A DNA stretch of 64,000 bases from a virus. Location: positions 32,001-96,000 of the IMG/VR virus record IMGVR_UViG_3300034418_007243, one strand, 5' to 3'. Of this stretch, positions 53,861-63,924 are shown piece by piece. The stretch's first letter is position 1. Every line of letters begins with the position of its first letter. Both the position numbers and the translations under genes were made by a program. A model generated the notes under the pieces. That model saw only the letters and a program-made list of their open reading frames with translations, made no database searches and was not told the origin of the DNA.

Positions 53861-55384
53861 TTAAGAATAAACTATTGTATCTATGTATGAACTACTTAGT
53901 ACAAGAGATTCCCCTGTTGATAATGTTATTATATAATGTTCATCATCTCTTTTAAATGTGAAATCAACATTAGAATAACCATATAAACTTTCAAGCTCAT
54001 CCTTAATTGCTTTTTGAATAGCAGGATCTAAATCTTGATTTTCTTCAATGGTTTCTTCTGTGCTTTCTATTAGAAATTCATTAACAGAATTTAATTCAGA
54101 TGATTCTTCTTCTGTTTCATCTTCAGTATCATCTTGATATAAGTCAAAGTTTAATTGATTTGACTCATCTTGATTAACTGTAGATTCTACATTTGATACT
54201 GGAGGATCTGGTAAAACAGGGGTAGGATCTGGTGTAATTTCTTCTCCTACTGTAAATTCATTTAACACAAGATAATCTTCTCCTTCATAGGTTTGTATTT
54301 CAGCTACTTGATATATAATATCTTCTACTTCTACTAGACTACCTATTGCTAAATCACCGTAGTCTTCTGCAGTTACCATTATAGAATTAACTTCTGATTT
54401 AACTTCTTCTGTTTCTTCTACAACATTATCTGCAGGAATAAATTGAAGATCTTCTTCATGTTCTTCTGTAACTTCTTCTTCAAAATCATTATCTATAGGA
54501 GATGTGTTATCATCATCAGCATCTTCAATAATATTTGTGTTATCCTCATCTACACTATCTATTACTTCATCATCATCTTCTTCTATGTCAAAGTTTACTA
54601 AATCAAACTCATCCATAAAATATAATAGAACTGAGGTTTGTATATCTAACCAAAGTTTTGGATGTGTTGATTTCAATCCTATTAATATATGATTATAAGC
54701 TGTCCACAATGAATTCTTACCTGTACCATAATGATATCTTTGAGATTCATACTCTTTCATAATAGTAGTACATTGCTCACTTGTGATTAACTTATTTGTA
54801 AAATGTAAATCACCCATGAGATGTCCAAACTTTTTATTGACTAGTTTCTCAAATAAACCAGGATACACTGTAGTAGACGTAGGATCTGTTACAATAATGT
54901 AAGCTTCTTCAGATAAATACTTTTGCTTCATCTTGTTTTTAATATCAAGAAGTTCTTGAAAATAATCTTGAGCATCAGCAACAATATTATCTATCTGATC
55001 TGTAGCTTCTTGTAATGCATTACCTGTATGCTTTCTTTGCCAAGCAGATGTTTTCTTTACCATAGATGCGCCACTTGCATTTACATGCGCACCAACTGCA
55101 CATCTAAATCTAGTTGATTTATCATAAGAGTTTGTCCATGTAAACATCATAGATAAATCAGGATCATTCAGATACTCAATTCTATAAATACCTTGAGCTA
55201 CTCTAGCATCTTGATTACATCTGTATTTTTCATCTAATACAACAAAGCCTGCCGCAGCTAGACTTTTTAATGTTGTATCAATAATATAACCATGAGAAAT
55301 TACCGTATAGGTTTGTGTTGCTGGTGGTAAAGTAGCGTTTATTAAAACACTCTTATCCACAGCTACCTTTGTACTTTTAGGCAT
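53861..55384 (-). CDS. DUF932-like protein with long acidic C-terminal region
   Basis: TYTVISH...NSYDKS..F..AVGA.V...RKHTG N-terminal domain; D/E-rich second half. Confidence 0.55.
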   Translation of the reverse strand: MPKSTKVAVDKSVLINATLPPATQTYTVISHGYIIDTTLKSLAAAGFVVLDEKYRCNQDARVAQGIYRIEYLNDPDLSMMFTWTNSYDKSTRFRCAVGAHVNASGASMVKKTSAWQRKHTGNALQEATDQIDNIVADAQDYFQELLDIKNKMKQKYLSEEAYIIVTDPTSTTVYPGLFEKLVNKKFGHLMGDLHFTNKLITSEQCTTIMKEYESQRYHYGTGKNSLWTAYNHILIGLKSTHPKLWLDIQTSVLLYFMDEFDLVNFDIEEDDDEVIDSVDEDNTNIIEDADDDNTSPIDNDFEEEVTEEHEEDLQFIPADNVVEETEEVKSEVNSIMVTAEDYGDLAIGSLVEVEDIIYQVAEIQTYEGEDYLVLNEFTVGEEITPDPTPVLPDPPVSNVESTVNQDESNQLNFDLYQDDTEDETEEESSELNSVNEFLIESTEETIEENQDLDPAIQKAIKDELESLYGYSNVDFTFKRDDEHYIITLSTGESLVLSSSYIDTIVYS

Positions 55385-55394
55385 AACTTTAATT

Positions 55395-57380
55395 TTAAAA
55401 TAAACTTATTTGATTAGTAAATAATTCAGGACTCATAGATTTTATTTCTTTGTTTATTTTATCTAAATAAAATCCATAATCAATATCATAATCAGACCAT
55501 GATACATCTTGATACTTATTAAATATCTTTTGTAACCATTTGCCTGATACAACATTTATATCCCTGTCATCATTGACATTGTTTTTTATAATTTTTCCGC
55601 CTTTATTTGAGATATAAAACCTTAATGTTTTTTGTAAGTTTTCTGTGCTTACAGTTCCATCTTTTACATAACTATATTTGAACTTCCAATTTCTTGTTAC
55701 TTTAGTTTGACCACAAAAATCAAAAATGTTTTTATTTGTTTTGATATATTTTTTAGGATCAAGCCCGTGTACAAAATAATTGTATATAGCTTTTTGAATA
55801 ATAGTAAAGCTTTTGTTTTTATGTAATGCTTTCTTCAGTTCAAATCTACCTTTGCATTTTGTTTTTGCATAGTAAAACTTACCCTCTTCTTTTTTAAATA
55901 AATACTCTGGATTCTTTGATTGCGTTTTGATAAATGTATCTCTATCAACTTCATTAAATGTAAATATACCAATGTAATTATTTACATCAGGAACAATAAG
56001 CTTTTGATACTGGTCATGTTCTAACTGCAGATTAGTTATCTCTTCCCATTCTTTGCATATCTCCATATATTGTGGAATAGCTTTTTTAGGAATCATAATT
56101 TCTACACCATCTGTATTAGTCATAATAGGTATAGCACCTAATATTCTTTCAGACAACATAGTAAATAACATCATCAATGATAACTGACCATTAATAGTTA
56201 TCTGCATTGTAAACTGAGGATCATACAAAAAAGATGCAGCATCATTACTTAAACCATATGTGGAATTAAGCATAATCTTGTATACATAATTCTTAGGATT
56301 TGATTTAGGAATCTTTTTTCTTTCATCAAACATCCATTCATACAATTCACAAAACTTTTGTTTTGGTAAATGAGCTGGTGCAAATTTATTTCTAATAGCT
56401 AGATTAGGATAGAAACTTGTAACATCTGAAGACATAATAGTCATGTTATCATCTGGTACATATATCCCTTTCTTTACACCATGAACACCACCCAATCCAA
56501 AGTCTACATCAACACCTCTATACTTAACATGTTCTTTAAAACTGCCTTTTAAATTATTAGCATCTAGCACTAAAGTTTGAAACTTAAATAGTAACTGTTG
56601 AAATGCAGAAACATCAAACTTTAAATAAGGTAAAAGTATTTCACTTACTACAATTTGATTTCTATATGTTCTGCTATTTTTAATTTCATACTTGCTTATA
56701 CCAGTTCTTTCTTCTAAGAAATGTAAAAATAATTCTTTAGCAATTCTAGGTTCAGATGCACTGTATAAAGGAATGTTATATTCATTAGTCAAACTGCCTC
56801 TTAATGTTATCAAGTCTTTGCTATGATTCATAATAGCTTTAGTACTCTTCACATCATTAATACAATACTCAATAATTTTATTTATTAGTTCTTTGCTATC
56901 TATATCAGTAGTGTGATGAAGCGGCATGTCTTGAACATTGAGCCAATCCATAGAACATTGAATCCATTTTAATGAACTTCTCTTAGCTGGATTATCCCAA
57001 TGATTTAATTTGAATACATCAATCTGTTTAATTAAAAGCTGACGCTCACTCCATTCCTGAAATTCTTTTGCGTCTTGTCTATTAATACAATCTTGTGCTT
57101 TTATATATACAGCTTCTGCAACTTCAACACCAGACTTGTTAATAAGCCGTGATTTGTTTTTAAGAAGAAAGTTTGTTATCTGAGCATCAAAAGCTAAACC
57201 ATTAAAAGATATATGCCATTCTTTATTCTTTTTATTCTTATCAAGAAAAACATATAAATCTTTTATATCATTATGAAATTTAGAACAACAAAATATTTTT
57301 ATCTCTTCAGTTTTATAATGTTCAAATACTCCTATGAAACAATTAGATAATGTTTCATAATCCATGACATAGTGATTCAT
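55395..57380 (-). CDS. Family B DNA polymerase
   Basis: Exo motifs DYE, FNGLAFD, YCINDV; polymerase motifs SDVTSFYPN, KIMLNSTYG, NTDG; start set at MNHYVMDYE downstream of the terminator. Confidence 0.9.
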   Translation of the reverse strand: MNHYVMDYETLSNCFIGVFEHYKTEEIKIFCCSKFHNDIKDLYVFLDKNKKNKEWHISFNGLAFDAQITNFLLKNKSRLINKSGVEVAEAVYIKAQDCINRQDAKEFQEWSERQLLIKQIDVFKLNHWDNPAKRSSLKWIQCSMDWLNVQDMPLHHTTDIDSKELINKIIEYCINDVKSTKAIMNHSKDLITLRGSLTNEYNIPLYSASEPRIAKELFLHFLEERTGISKYEIKNSRTYRNQIVVSEILLPYLKFDVSAFQQLLFKFQTLVLDANNLKGSFKEHVKYRGVDVDFGLGGVHGVKKGIYVPDDNMTIMSSDVTSFYPNLAIRNKFAPAHLPKQKFCELYEWMFDERKKIPKSNPKNYVYKIMLNSTYGLSNDAASFLYDPQFTMQITINGQLSLMMLFTMLSERILGAIPIMTNTDGVEIMIPKKAIPQYMEICKEWEEITNLQLEHDQYQKLIVPDVNNYIGIFTFNEVDRDTFIKTQSKNPEYLFKKEEGKFYYAKTKCKGRFELKKALHKNKSFTIIQKAIYNYFVHGLDPKKYIKTNKNIFDFCGQTKVTRNWKFKYSYVKDGTVSTENLQKTLRFYISNKGGKIIKNNVNDDRDINVVSGKWLQKIFNKYQDVSWSDYDIDYGFYLDKINKEIKSMSPELFTNQISLF

Positions 57381-57412
57381 AATCTGAAATTTTGTAAGCA
57401 TATAAAAATAAC

Positions 57413-57444
57413 AAAAAAAGGAAGAGAACAAAATATTCTCTTCC
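57413..57444 (-). terminator. Rho-independent terminator
   Basis: GGAAGAGAA-caaaata-TTCTCTTCC with U-tract on - strand. Confidence 0.7.
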
Positions 57445-57474
57445 CTATTTGTTTGGATTTATACTTATATGTTA

Positions 57475-57921
57475 CTACTTAATTATTATATCACTAGGAA
57501 GTATTAACTCTTCATTTGAAGATCCCATTTCTTTAGGTTCTTCTTTGTTAAGAAAATAACGGAAATCAAATTCTCCAGAATTCACAGCAAACATTTCAAC
57601 AAACTTCTCTTGTTCTTTTTTGTCAATGATGTGATACTCTGAAAGTAAACCTACTAATACTCTTTCTTCTTTATACCAAACACCATTTTCTTTTTGCTTA
57701 GTAGATTTAACTTTGTTTCCATTACTGTCTAGTTTTGGAACATATTGAAATTGTTTTTTTTCTTTATTTCCAATTACATATAGTAAAGAAAGTAAAGGAT
57801 CATATACAACTTCATTGTAAGGACAATTGTCTAAAACAGGTATTAATTTAAATGTTTCTTTATTCTGCCATATAGCTTTAACAAGACACATATTTTTACC
57901 TATGTTATTATTATTTTTCAT
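57475..57921 (-). CDS. Hypothetical protein
   Basis: 148 aa ORF in the replication operon. Confidence 0.65.
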   Translation of the reverse strand: MKNNNNIGKNMCLVKAIWQNKETFKLIPVLDNCPYNEVVYDPLLSLLYVIGNKEKKQFQYVPKLDSNGNKVKSTKQKENGVWYKEERVLVGLLSEYHIIDKKEQEKFVEMFAVNSGEFDFRYFLNKEEPKEMGSSNEELILPSDIIIK

Positions 57922-58495
57922 CTGGTAATTTTGAATTAAACGTATGTAAATCTATCATTTTTATTGAAGACTGCAAAATTTCTTTTCTTAAATTAGGTTT
58001 TGAACAAAGTTGTCCTACCTCTTTTAAAAGTTCTTCTTTCACATTTAATAGTTTAGAATAAGTTTCATAATATTTTTCAGGGAACAAATAACTCTCTACA
58101 TGTAATAAATGTCTTCTGTGAGATCTGAAAAAATATAATATTCTTTTCTTATATAATGAAGTTAGCATTGAATATTTACCACTTCTAATTAATGCATAAT
58201 CATTTGCATAATTAGAAAAATCAAATACATAAGCTAACTTATTATCTTCTAACTCAAACATGTCTTCAAAAAGATAGTTATCTAGTAATGCAGCTCTTTC
58301 AAAAGATTTAAAATCTAAATCTTCTCTCTTATGATAAACTACAATAAATCTATTCTCTTCAAACTTAAACATGTCTTTCCAAGCCATATAAGTTTGAACA
58401 GGTACAGTACTTACACCTCTTCTAATTTTTAATAGAGGATATAAAAACAACCTGCTTTTTTGAATATAATCTGCATGTAAGGAATTTAAAAGCAT
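57911..58495 (-). CDS. Hypothetical protein
   Basis: 194 aa ORF in the operon, follows the nuclease gene. Confidence 0.65.
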   Translation of the reverse strand: MLLNSLHADYIQKSRLFLYPLLKIRRGVSTVPVQTYMAWKDMFKFEENRFIVVYHKREDLDFKSFERAALLDNYLFEDMFELEDNKLAYVFDFSNYANDYALIRSGKYSMLTSLYKKRILYFFRSHRRHLLHVESYLFPEKYYETYSKLLNVKEELLKEVGQLCSKPNLRKEILQSSIKMIDLHTFNSKLPDEK

Positions 58496-58506
58496 TCATT
58501 TTTATT

Positions 58507-59538
58507 TTATAGTTTAACATTAGATAAAGCAAATGCTTTAGGAAGCTTAAACTCTTTACTTTGAAAATGATACTCTGCATCTTCAAAAGTATTAAGCATC
58601 ATAGCATCCCACTTTTTAAAAGTATCATCTGATACATTAAAAGAATATAGTTGATCATACTTATCAAATACTATAAAATTAAAATTTATAATCCAACCTG
58701 CATTAACTACATCAGATAAAAAGTCTTTTACTAGTTTTTTGTAAATGCTGGCTTGTAACCAATAGTTCCAATAATCTACAGACTCTTCAAACTTTTGTAT
58801 AGACTTGCTGGTTGTTTTAAAATCATTTATTGTAACTACTTGATTTACTACATCAACAACAAGATTATCAATTATACCTTTTAAACCAAAAGAATATTTA
58901 TCATTTGGTAAACTCATTGACAATTCTAATTCATTATAGACTCCAATTTTTGTACCATCATGTTGTAAATCTAAACCTATAAGATTTCTTGTTTTTTCAT
59001 CTGCTTTTATGATCTCAGCTCTTCTTGAACATCTATCTAATATAGCAGCATCTATTATAGTTCTGTTTTCTTTTATCTTAAGAAACTCAAAGTAATCTAT
59101 ACCTTTTACATCTGCTATTTTTTCAATTCTTTTAGAATCTTCTTTTAGTCTTTGATGTAAATTCTTTTCTTCAAGTTGTTTTAGAATGACAGATTCATAA
59201 TCTCTTAATGATTTAGAAGGATCAGGATCTAATTCATATTCTTTAAAGACATTGTTAATAATTTCTATAGAACTTTCGCTTGGCAAAGATTGCGGAGCTA
59301 CAATAAATTTGCTGTCAAAATCTAAACCATCAAGCACTAAGTAATGTATAACAATTCCCTCTAGTAAATACTTAGCAATTTTCTCCTCTTTATCTTTAAG
59401 AACATATTCTTTATAAAATCTTTGAGGAGATTCAAGCAGCTTATTTAAGCTGCTATAACTAAAATTAAATTCTTTGTTGAAGAATTCTGTCTCTAACATG
59501 TTTTTGTCAACTGTATTGACTGTATTTGTATTAATCAT
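58507..59538 (-). CDS. PD-(D/E)XK exonuclease (RecB/Cas4-like superfamily)
   Basis: FSYSSL..., E, LKGIIDNL, INDFKTT, YWLQASIY. Confidence 0.8.
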   Translation of the reverse strand: MINTNTVNTVDKNMLETEFFNKEFNFSYSSLNKLLESPQRFYKEYVLKDKEEKIAKYLLEGIVIHYLVLDGLDFDSKFIVAPQSLPSESSIEIINNVFKEYELDPDPSKSLRDYESVILKQLEEKNLHQRLKEDSKRIEKIADVKGIDYFEFLKIKENRTIIDAAILDRCSRRAEIIKADEKTRNLIGLDLQHDGTKIGVYNELELSMSLPNDKYSFGLKGIIDNLVVDVVNQVVTINDFKTTSKSIQKFEESVDYWNYWLQASIYKKLVKDFLSDVVNAGWIINFNFIVFDKYDQLYSFNVSDDTFKKWDAMMLNTFEDAEYHFQSKEFKLPKAFALSNVKL

Positions 59539-59550
59539 TTATATGTGGTT

Positions 59551-60612
59551 TTATGAATCAAATTCTTCTGCTTCAATTTTTAAACAAGGACCCGGTATAT
59601 AATATTGTTTTATATTAGCATTATCAAAATTAATATAATCTACAGTACATAAAGTTGTTATTGCTTGTACATTAGCTCTAGTAAACTTCTTATTGTCTTT
59701 AAGAATATTTGTTAATGTCATAAGACTCATTGATTTTACTGACTCCTTATCTAAATTAAAATAACTTAATAAACTTTTAAAATTTACATGGTTAAACTCT
59801 TTATATTTTATAAAAGATTTTCCATATTTTTTTAATATCATTAGTATATACATAAAACTTTTTTCATAATTACTATTAGCAAGTAATTCCATAGTCATTA
59901 TTATAGAAGCATCATCCTCACTAGCACACATTAATACTAGGTCTTGATACTTTTCTTTATCTATAATAATAGAATCTTCATTAATATACTTTAGTAATTC
60001 ATCTTGTTTATATACTAAACAATTATCAGAAAGACTTTTAATTTTAGAATTTATAGGCACAATAAACAATGTTCTAGAGCCTTGAGCATATCCTTGTTTA
60101 ATAGCCCATGAACCATCACTTGTATAAAGTTGCAATCCTGTTTGGACATTGCCAGAAGGATCTTTGGGTGATCTATAATAAAACTCACTTGCTATAGAAC
60201 TTTTTATGTATACATGTGAAAAATCATTAGCATCAACAAGCATTTTAAATCTTGTTTCTTTTGGATGATTTATATAACGTAACCAATGTTTAAAGTCATC
60301 AGATTTCATTTTATAAACATCACGTTTAAACAAGTGATCATTTGTTCTAGGTATTAAATCTGCTGGTGGAATAAATGCTATTGTAGCTTTCTTAGGTAGA
60401 ATAGTAAAATTAAATTTTTCTTTAGCTTTAAACCTTGGCACTGTTGTTCCAGGAAATAAATATATTGTTTCTTCTTCTAATTTATTTCTTTCTAACTCAT
60501 TTTGAATATTACAATGATGTTCAAAGTCTTCAAATAAACCACCATGTTCAATTCTTATATCTAACTGATTATGACTTATATAATCTATGTATAAATATTT
60601 AGTTAAATTCAT
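59551..60612 (-). CDS. Hypothetical protein
   Basis: 353 aa; C-terminal helical segment resembles 63144..63584. Confidence 0.65.
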   Translation of the reverse strand: MNLTKYLYIDYISHNQLDIRIEHGGLFEDFEHHCNIQNELERNKLEEETIYLFPGTTVPRFKAKEKFNFTILPKKATIAFIPPADLIPRTNDHLFKRDVYKMKSDDFKHWLRYINHPKETRFKMLVDANDFSHVYIKSSIASEFYYRSPKDPSGNVQTGLQLYTSDGSWAIKQGYAQGSRTLFIVPINSKIKSLSDNCLVYKQDELLKYINEDSIIIDKEKYQDLVLMCASEDDASIIMTMELLANSNYEKSFMYILMILKKYGKSFIKYKEFNHVNFKSLLSYFNLDKESVKSMSLMTLTNILKDNKKFTRANVQAITTLCTVDYINFDNANIKQYYIPGPCLKIEAEEFDS

Positions 60613-60627
60613 GTCTTTAAAATTTTT

Positions 60628-60649
60628 AAAAGACCCCGAAGGGCCTTTT
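60628..60649 (-). terminator. Terminator with UUCG tetraloop
   Basis: - strand AAAAGGCCC-TTCG-GGGTCTTTT immediately after the AAA gene stop. Confidence 0.7.
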
Positions 60650-60650
60650 A

Positions 60651-61955
60651 TTATTTCATAACTAATTTTTGTAACTGAGGATCAATAAATAGTTTTTGGA
60701 ACTTTGTTTTATTCCCGTGTATAATCTTCTTAGCTAAGTGATATTTTAAATCATTAGTAAATACATCAGGATGTTTAATCAAAGCACTAATTCTATTTAC
60801 AATTTCTGGTGTTACTGGATTAGACTCTGCATAATTAAGCGTAAAGTTAATTAATCTTGTAGATAAAATGCTAGCTATATCTGCTCTATAATCTACAGCT
60901 GGATTACCTCCATCACATATAGAACTAAGCAGCTCATCAATTACTTCTTTCTCATCTTTATGTAAGAGCATTCTTTTAGGACTAATGATTCTATCTAATC
61001 TATTGTTAATAAAACTTGTAAACAATGTAGATACTTCAGGGCCTACAGAGCCTTCACCACACATTTGAATTAATGGTAAATCTTTTTCAAATGATGGAAT
61101 AGTTTCTAGTAGTTTAAAGAATGTAGTTAGAGATCTTGGATTAACTTTTTCATTAACAACTTCAGGATTCATCAATACAAAATTAATACATCTACCATCA
61201 ACCTTTTGAGTCTCTGCCCATTCAGCCCAACGTTCATGATTCCACTTCAATATTACTGAAACAAATCTAGTTCTTTGAGCAACGTCAATAGAGTTTACCA
61301 AATAGTTTCCGTCATCTGGATTAGCTGTAAGAACAATGTGCCAATCATCAGGAAGTTTCCAAGAAAGATATTCTTGTCTATCTACTAACTCCATAACAGC
61401 TTGAATAAACTTTACATCAGCACGATTCCAGTCATCAAGAATAAGTATACCGCCTCCTTCTTTGTTTGCAATCCATTCAGGTGGACAATAAGACATTCTT
61501 TTTTCTCCGGTAAATCTGTAACCTTGTTTTAGATATTCATTAGTAGCATTTTCATCAACCCAAATACATTCAGATTCTGATCCGCCTGGTACTTCTACAG
61601 TTTCATTAACTTTTTTAGTTACTTCCATACCATTAGGAAGCTTAACTTTTTTAAGAACTTGTCTAACTTCTGTTTTCTTTTCTGTACTTGTTCCTTCTTT
61701 ACATAATTGAAACTGACGCAATGGAAAACCTACAAGATCACCTAAGTCTTCTATCTGTGCTAAGTTTAATTTAACACAACTTAAGTTGTTTTCTTCTGCA
61801 ATTTGTAAAGCAACGCTTGTCTTACCAAGACCAGATTCACCAATAACTTCTGTTGCTACAGGTTTCTTACCGTCTTTTTGAATGTGTCTGTTGTTGTTAA
61901 TAATGTGTTGCAAAAATGATTTCATTTCTGCAGAGTCTAAGCTAACTTGATTCAT
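60651..61955 (-). CDS. MoxR-like AAA+ ATPase
   Basis: Walker A GESGLGKT, Walker B ILILDDWNRA, TANP sensor, DVAQRTRF arginine finger. Confidence 0.85.
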   Translation of the reverse strand: MNQVSLDSAEMKSFLQHIINNNRHIQKDGKKPVATEVIGESGLGKTSVALQIAEENNLSCVKLNLAQIEDLGDLVGFPLRQFQLCKEGTSTEKKTEVRQVLKKVKLPNGMEVTKKVNETVEVPGGSESECIWVDENATNEYLKQGYRFTGEKRMSYCPPEWIANKEGGGILILDDWNRADVKFIQAVMELVDRQEYLSWKLPDDWHIVLTANPDDGNYLVNSIDVAQRTRFVSVILKWNHERWAEWAETQKVDGRCINFVLMNPEVVNEKVNPRSLTTFFKLLETIPSFEKDLPLIQMCGEGSVGPEVSTLFTSFINNRLDRIISPKRMLLHKDEKEVIDELLSSICDGGNPAVDYRADIASILSTRLINFTLNYAESNPVTPEIVNRISALIKHPDVFTNDLKYHLAKKIIHGNKTKFQKLFIDPQLQKLVMK

Positions 61956-63154
61956 AATTCTAATTTAATAGTTGTTCCTGGCAATTCATCCCAAGCATTA
62001 CCTTGTGAAGAAAGTACCCATAAAATATTTCCTTTTGCGTTTTCAGGTGCTGAACATTCTCCATCTGTAAAATAGAATAGACAACTAAACTCATTGAGTT
62101 TTTCATTGTAATAATCTATAACAGGTTGAAAGTCTGTCCCACCTCTACCGTGTATTTCTAAATCTTTTCTTGGATTAAATTTACTTATGTTAGATATTGC
62201 TGTATCACATTGTATAATTGTAACATCAGAACCTGTCTTCTTTATATGATGTAATTCATTAAGAAATTCTTTGAGTTCTTTTGTATTAACAGAAGCTGAT
62301 GTATCTATAGCTGCTAGTACATGCTTGTGCTTTTTAAATTTTAAACCAGGAAAGTCTGGTAATCTTTTGTTGAACTTTCTTCTAGAAACTTTAGTATAAG
62401 TTCTTGTAGATTTACCAATAAACCTTCTCATATATCCTTTCCAATCAAACTTTGGCGGATCTATTTGTTTAAGCTTTTCAATTATACTTGCAATCTCACC
62501 AGGTACTGTACCACGCATCTTTTTTACCTGATCAGCTACTTGATCTAAGACATGTGCTGTTTGTGACTTTATCAATCTCTGAGTTGCTTCACTTATTTCT
62601 TCACTATCCCATTCATGTTCAGGAGTTGTAATTTCAGTTCCGTCACTTAAAGTAACACTGTTATCATTTCCTTCACATAAATCTTTTAAAGCATTACCTA
62701 ACTCACTGTCTTCATTTTTTATCTTACTAAGCTCTTTGTAATAATATCTTGTACCAGCTTTGTAATCTAACTTATACCCTTGGTTAATATAAGTTTCTAT
62801 AAAACAACCATCTTCAGGCAACCATGATCTTTCAATGTATTGATTAATCTCAATATCCATTGCTATATTTAATAGCTTTTTATCTTGAAGATCATTATAG
62901 TCTGTTAAATGAAAGAAAGCAATGTGTAATAACTCATGTTTTAATATGCCTACTTTTTGTATTGGAGAAAGTGTTTGCCAAAAATCAGGATTAATAGCTA
63001 ACTCATAGTTAATACCTTTAACGCAAACACCTGCTGTAGGCACTTTCTTTTGGGACCAAATTTTATTTAGTGACATAAGAAGAAGCCCGTAATAGGCTTC
63101 TCTTAACATAAGTTCTTTAGATGCTTTAGCTAAACTTTCTATATTATCTCTCAT
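61952..63154 (-). CDS. Metallopeptidase + VWA domain protein (DUF2201-like)
   Basis: HELLH, MIDAS DTSAS, GRGGTDF, FTDG; adjacent to the AAA+ gene. Confidence 0.85.
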   Translation of the reverse strand: MRDNIESLAKASKELMLREAYYGLLLMSLNKIWSQKKVPTAGVCVKGINYELAINPDFWQTLSPIQKVGILKHELLHIAFFHLTDYNDLQDKKLLNIAMDIEINQYIERSWLPEDGCFIETYINQGYKLDYKAGTRYYYKELSKIKNEDSELGNALKDLCEGNDNSVTLSDGTEITTPEHEWDSEEISEATQRLIKSQTAHVLDQVADQVKKMRGTVPGEIASIIEKLKQIDPPKFDWKGYMRRFIGKSTRTYTKVSRRKFNKRLPDFPGLKFKKHKHVLAAIDTSASVNTKELKEFLNELHHIKKTGSDVTIIQCDTAISNISKFNPRKDLEIHGRGGTDFQPVIDYYNEKLNEFSCLFYFTDGECSAPENAKGNILWVLSSQGNAWDELPGTTIKLEL

Positions 63155-63584
63155 CTTTAATTTTTATTATTACATCTTCAACAAAAGTATATCCGGTATC
63201 AATAAGTTTATTCTTAAAATCCATTGAAAAAGAATCTATTAAAGATTGTTTTGCTTCATAATCAAACTTGCCTTCATTAACTATTTTAAATAATTGTTTA
63301 TATGTAAGGTGTGATATACCAGGTCTAAAATCATCATCTAAGTAATCTTTTACTGCATTAGTTAGATTATCATAAAAAGTTTTATAGTTTGTCTTTATAT
63401 GTTTATCAGCTACAATACCTTGTTTAAGTACAAGTAATATGTTTATCACATTATAATCTGTTAGTTCTAAATTTTCCATTATGGTTAAACCAACAGTCCA
63501 GTTCTCATGATCTCTTGAAGATATCATAGACAGTATAGAATCAAACTCTTGTTTTTCTAGCATTTTGTTTTCCATATTAGTCAT
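63144..63584 (-). CDS. Hypothetical protein
   Basis: 146 aa, overlaps both neighbours. Confidence 0.6.
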   Translation of the reverse strand: MTNMENKMLEKQEFDSILSMISSRDHENWTVGLTIMENLELTDYNVINILLVLKQGIVADKHIKTNYKTFYDNLTNAVKDYLDDDFRPGISHLTYKQLFKIVNEGKFDYEAKQSLIDSFSMDFKNKLIDTGYTFVEDVIIKIKDER

Positions 63585-63924
63585 TTAATTTTTCTGTTCT
63601 TATCATCCACATAGGTGGCTTTTTTGCATTTATATTATCTACCCATTCTTTTGCTGAAGGTATATAACCAAAGCAGTCTTCTTTAACATGTTGTTCTCCA
63701 ACATATCTGGTATAAACTGTTTTACCATCTGAATTTGTAAATGATTTACCAAATTTAGATTCACATTCAAATATACCTTCTGAATGATGCCTGAATATTC
63801 TATGTTTGCTATGACCTAGCCAACTCTTAGTTTCATCAAACCATTCATGTATATGAATATAATCTTCTATTATACCACCAAATTTTCTAACTGAAGATTT
63901 TGCATGTTGTAAAGGATGTGCCAT
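63577..63924 (-). CDS. DUF6915-like His-rich protein
   Basis: MAHP..HAKSS.RKFGG..EDY..IH.WFDETK...HR..RHH.EGIF..E..FG...GEQHV.ED. Confidence 0.7.
   Translation of the reverse strand: MAHPLQHAKSSVRKFGGIIEDYIHIHEWFDETKSWLGHSKHRIFRHHSEGIFECESKFGKSFTNSDGKTVYTRYVGEQHVKEDCFGYIPSAKEWVDNINAKKPPMWMIRTEKLND

Noticed and set aside
52047-54692. Short + strand ORFs (52047, 52433, 52698, 53048, 54504)
   Set aside because: Antisense shadows of well-supported - strand genes
31553-57380. Inteins, introns or homing endonucleases in vRNAP or PolB
   Set aside because: No intein splice motifs, LAGLIDADG or HNH motifs seen; PolB motifs are contiguous
57381-57431. PolB start at 57431 as in the ORF track
   Set aside because: The extension overlaps a terminator hairpin and encodes an implausible F-rich peptide; ATG at 57380 directly precedes the ExoI motif
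58507-59538. Cas4 as part of a CRISPR system
   Set aside because: No Fe-S Cys cluster and no cas neighbours; an ordinary phage PD-(D/E)XK exonuclease fits better
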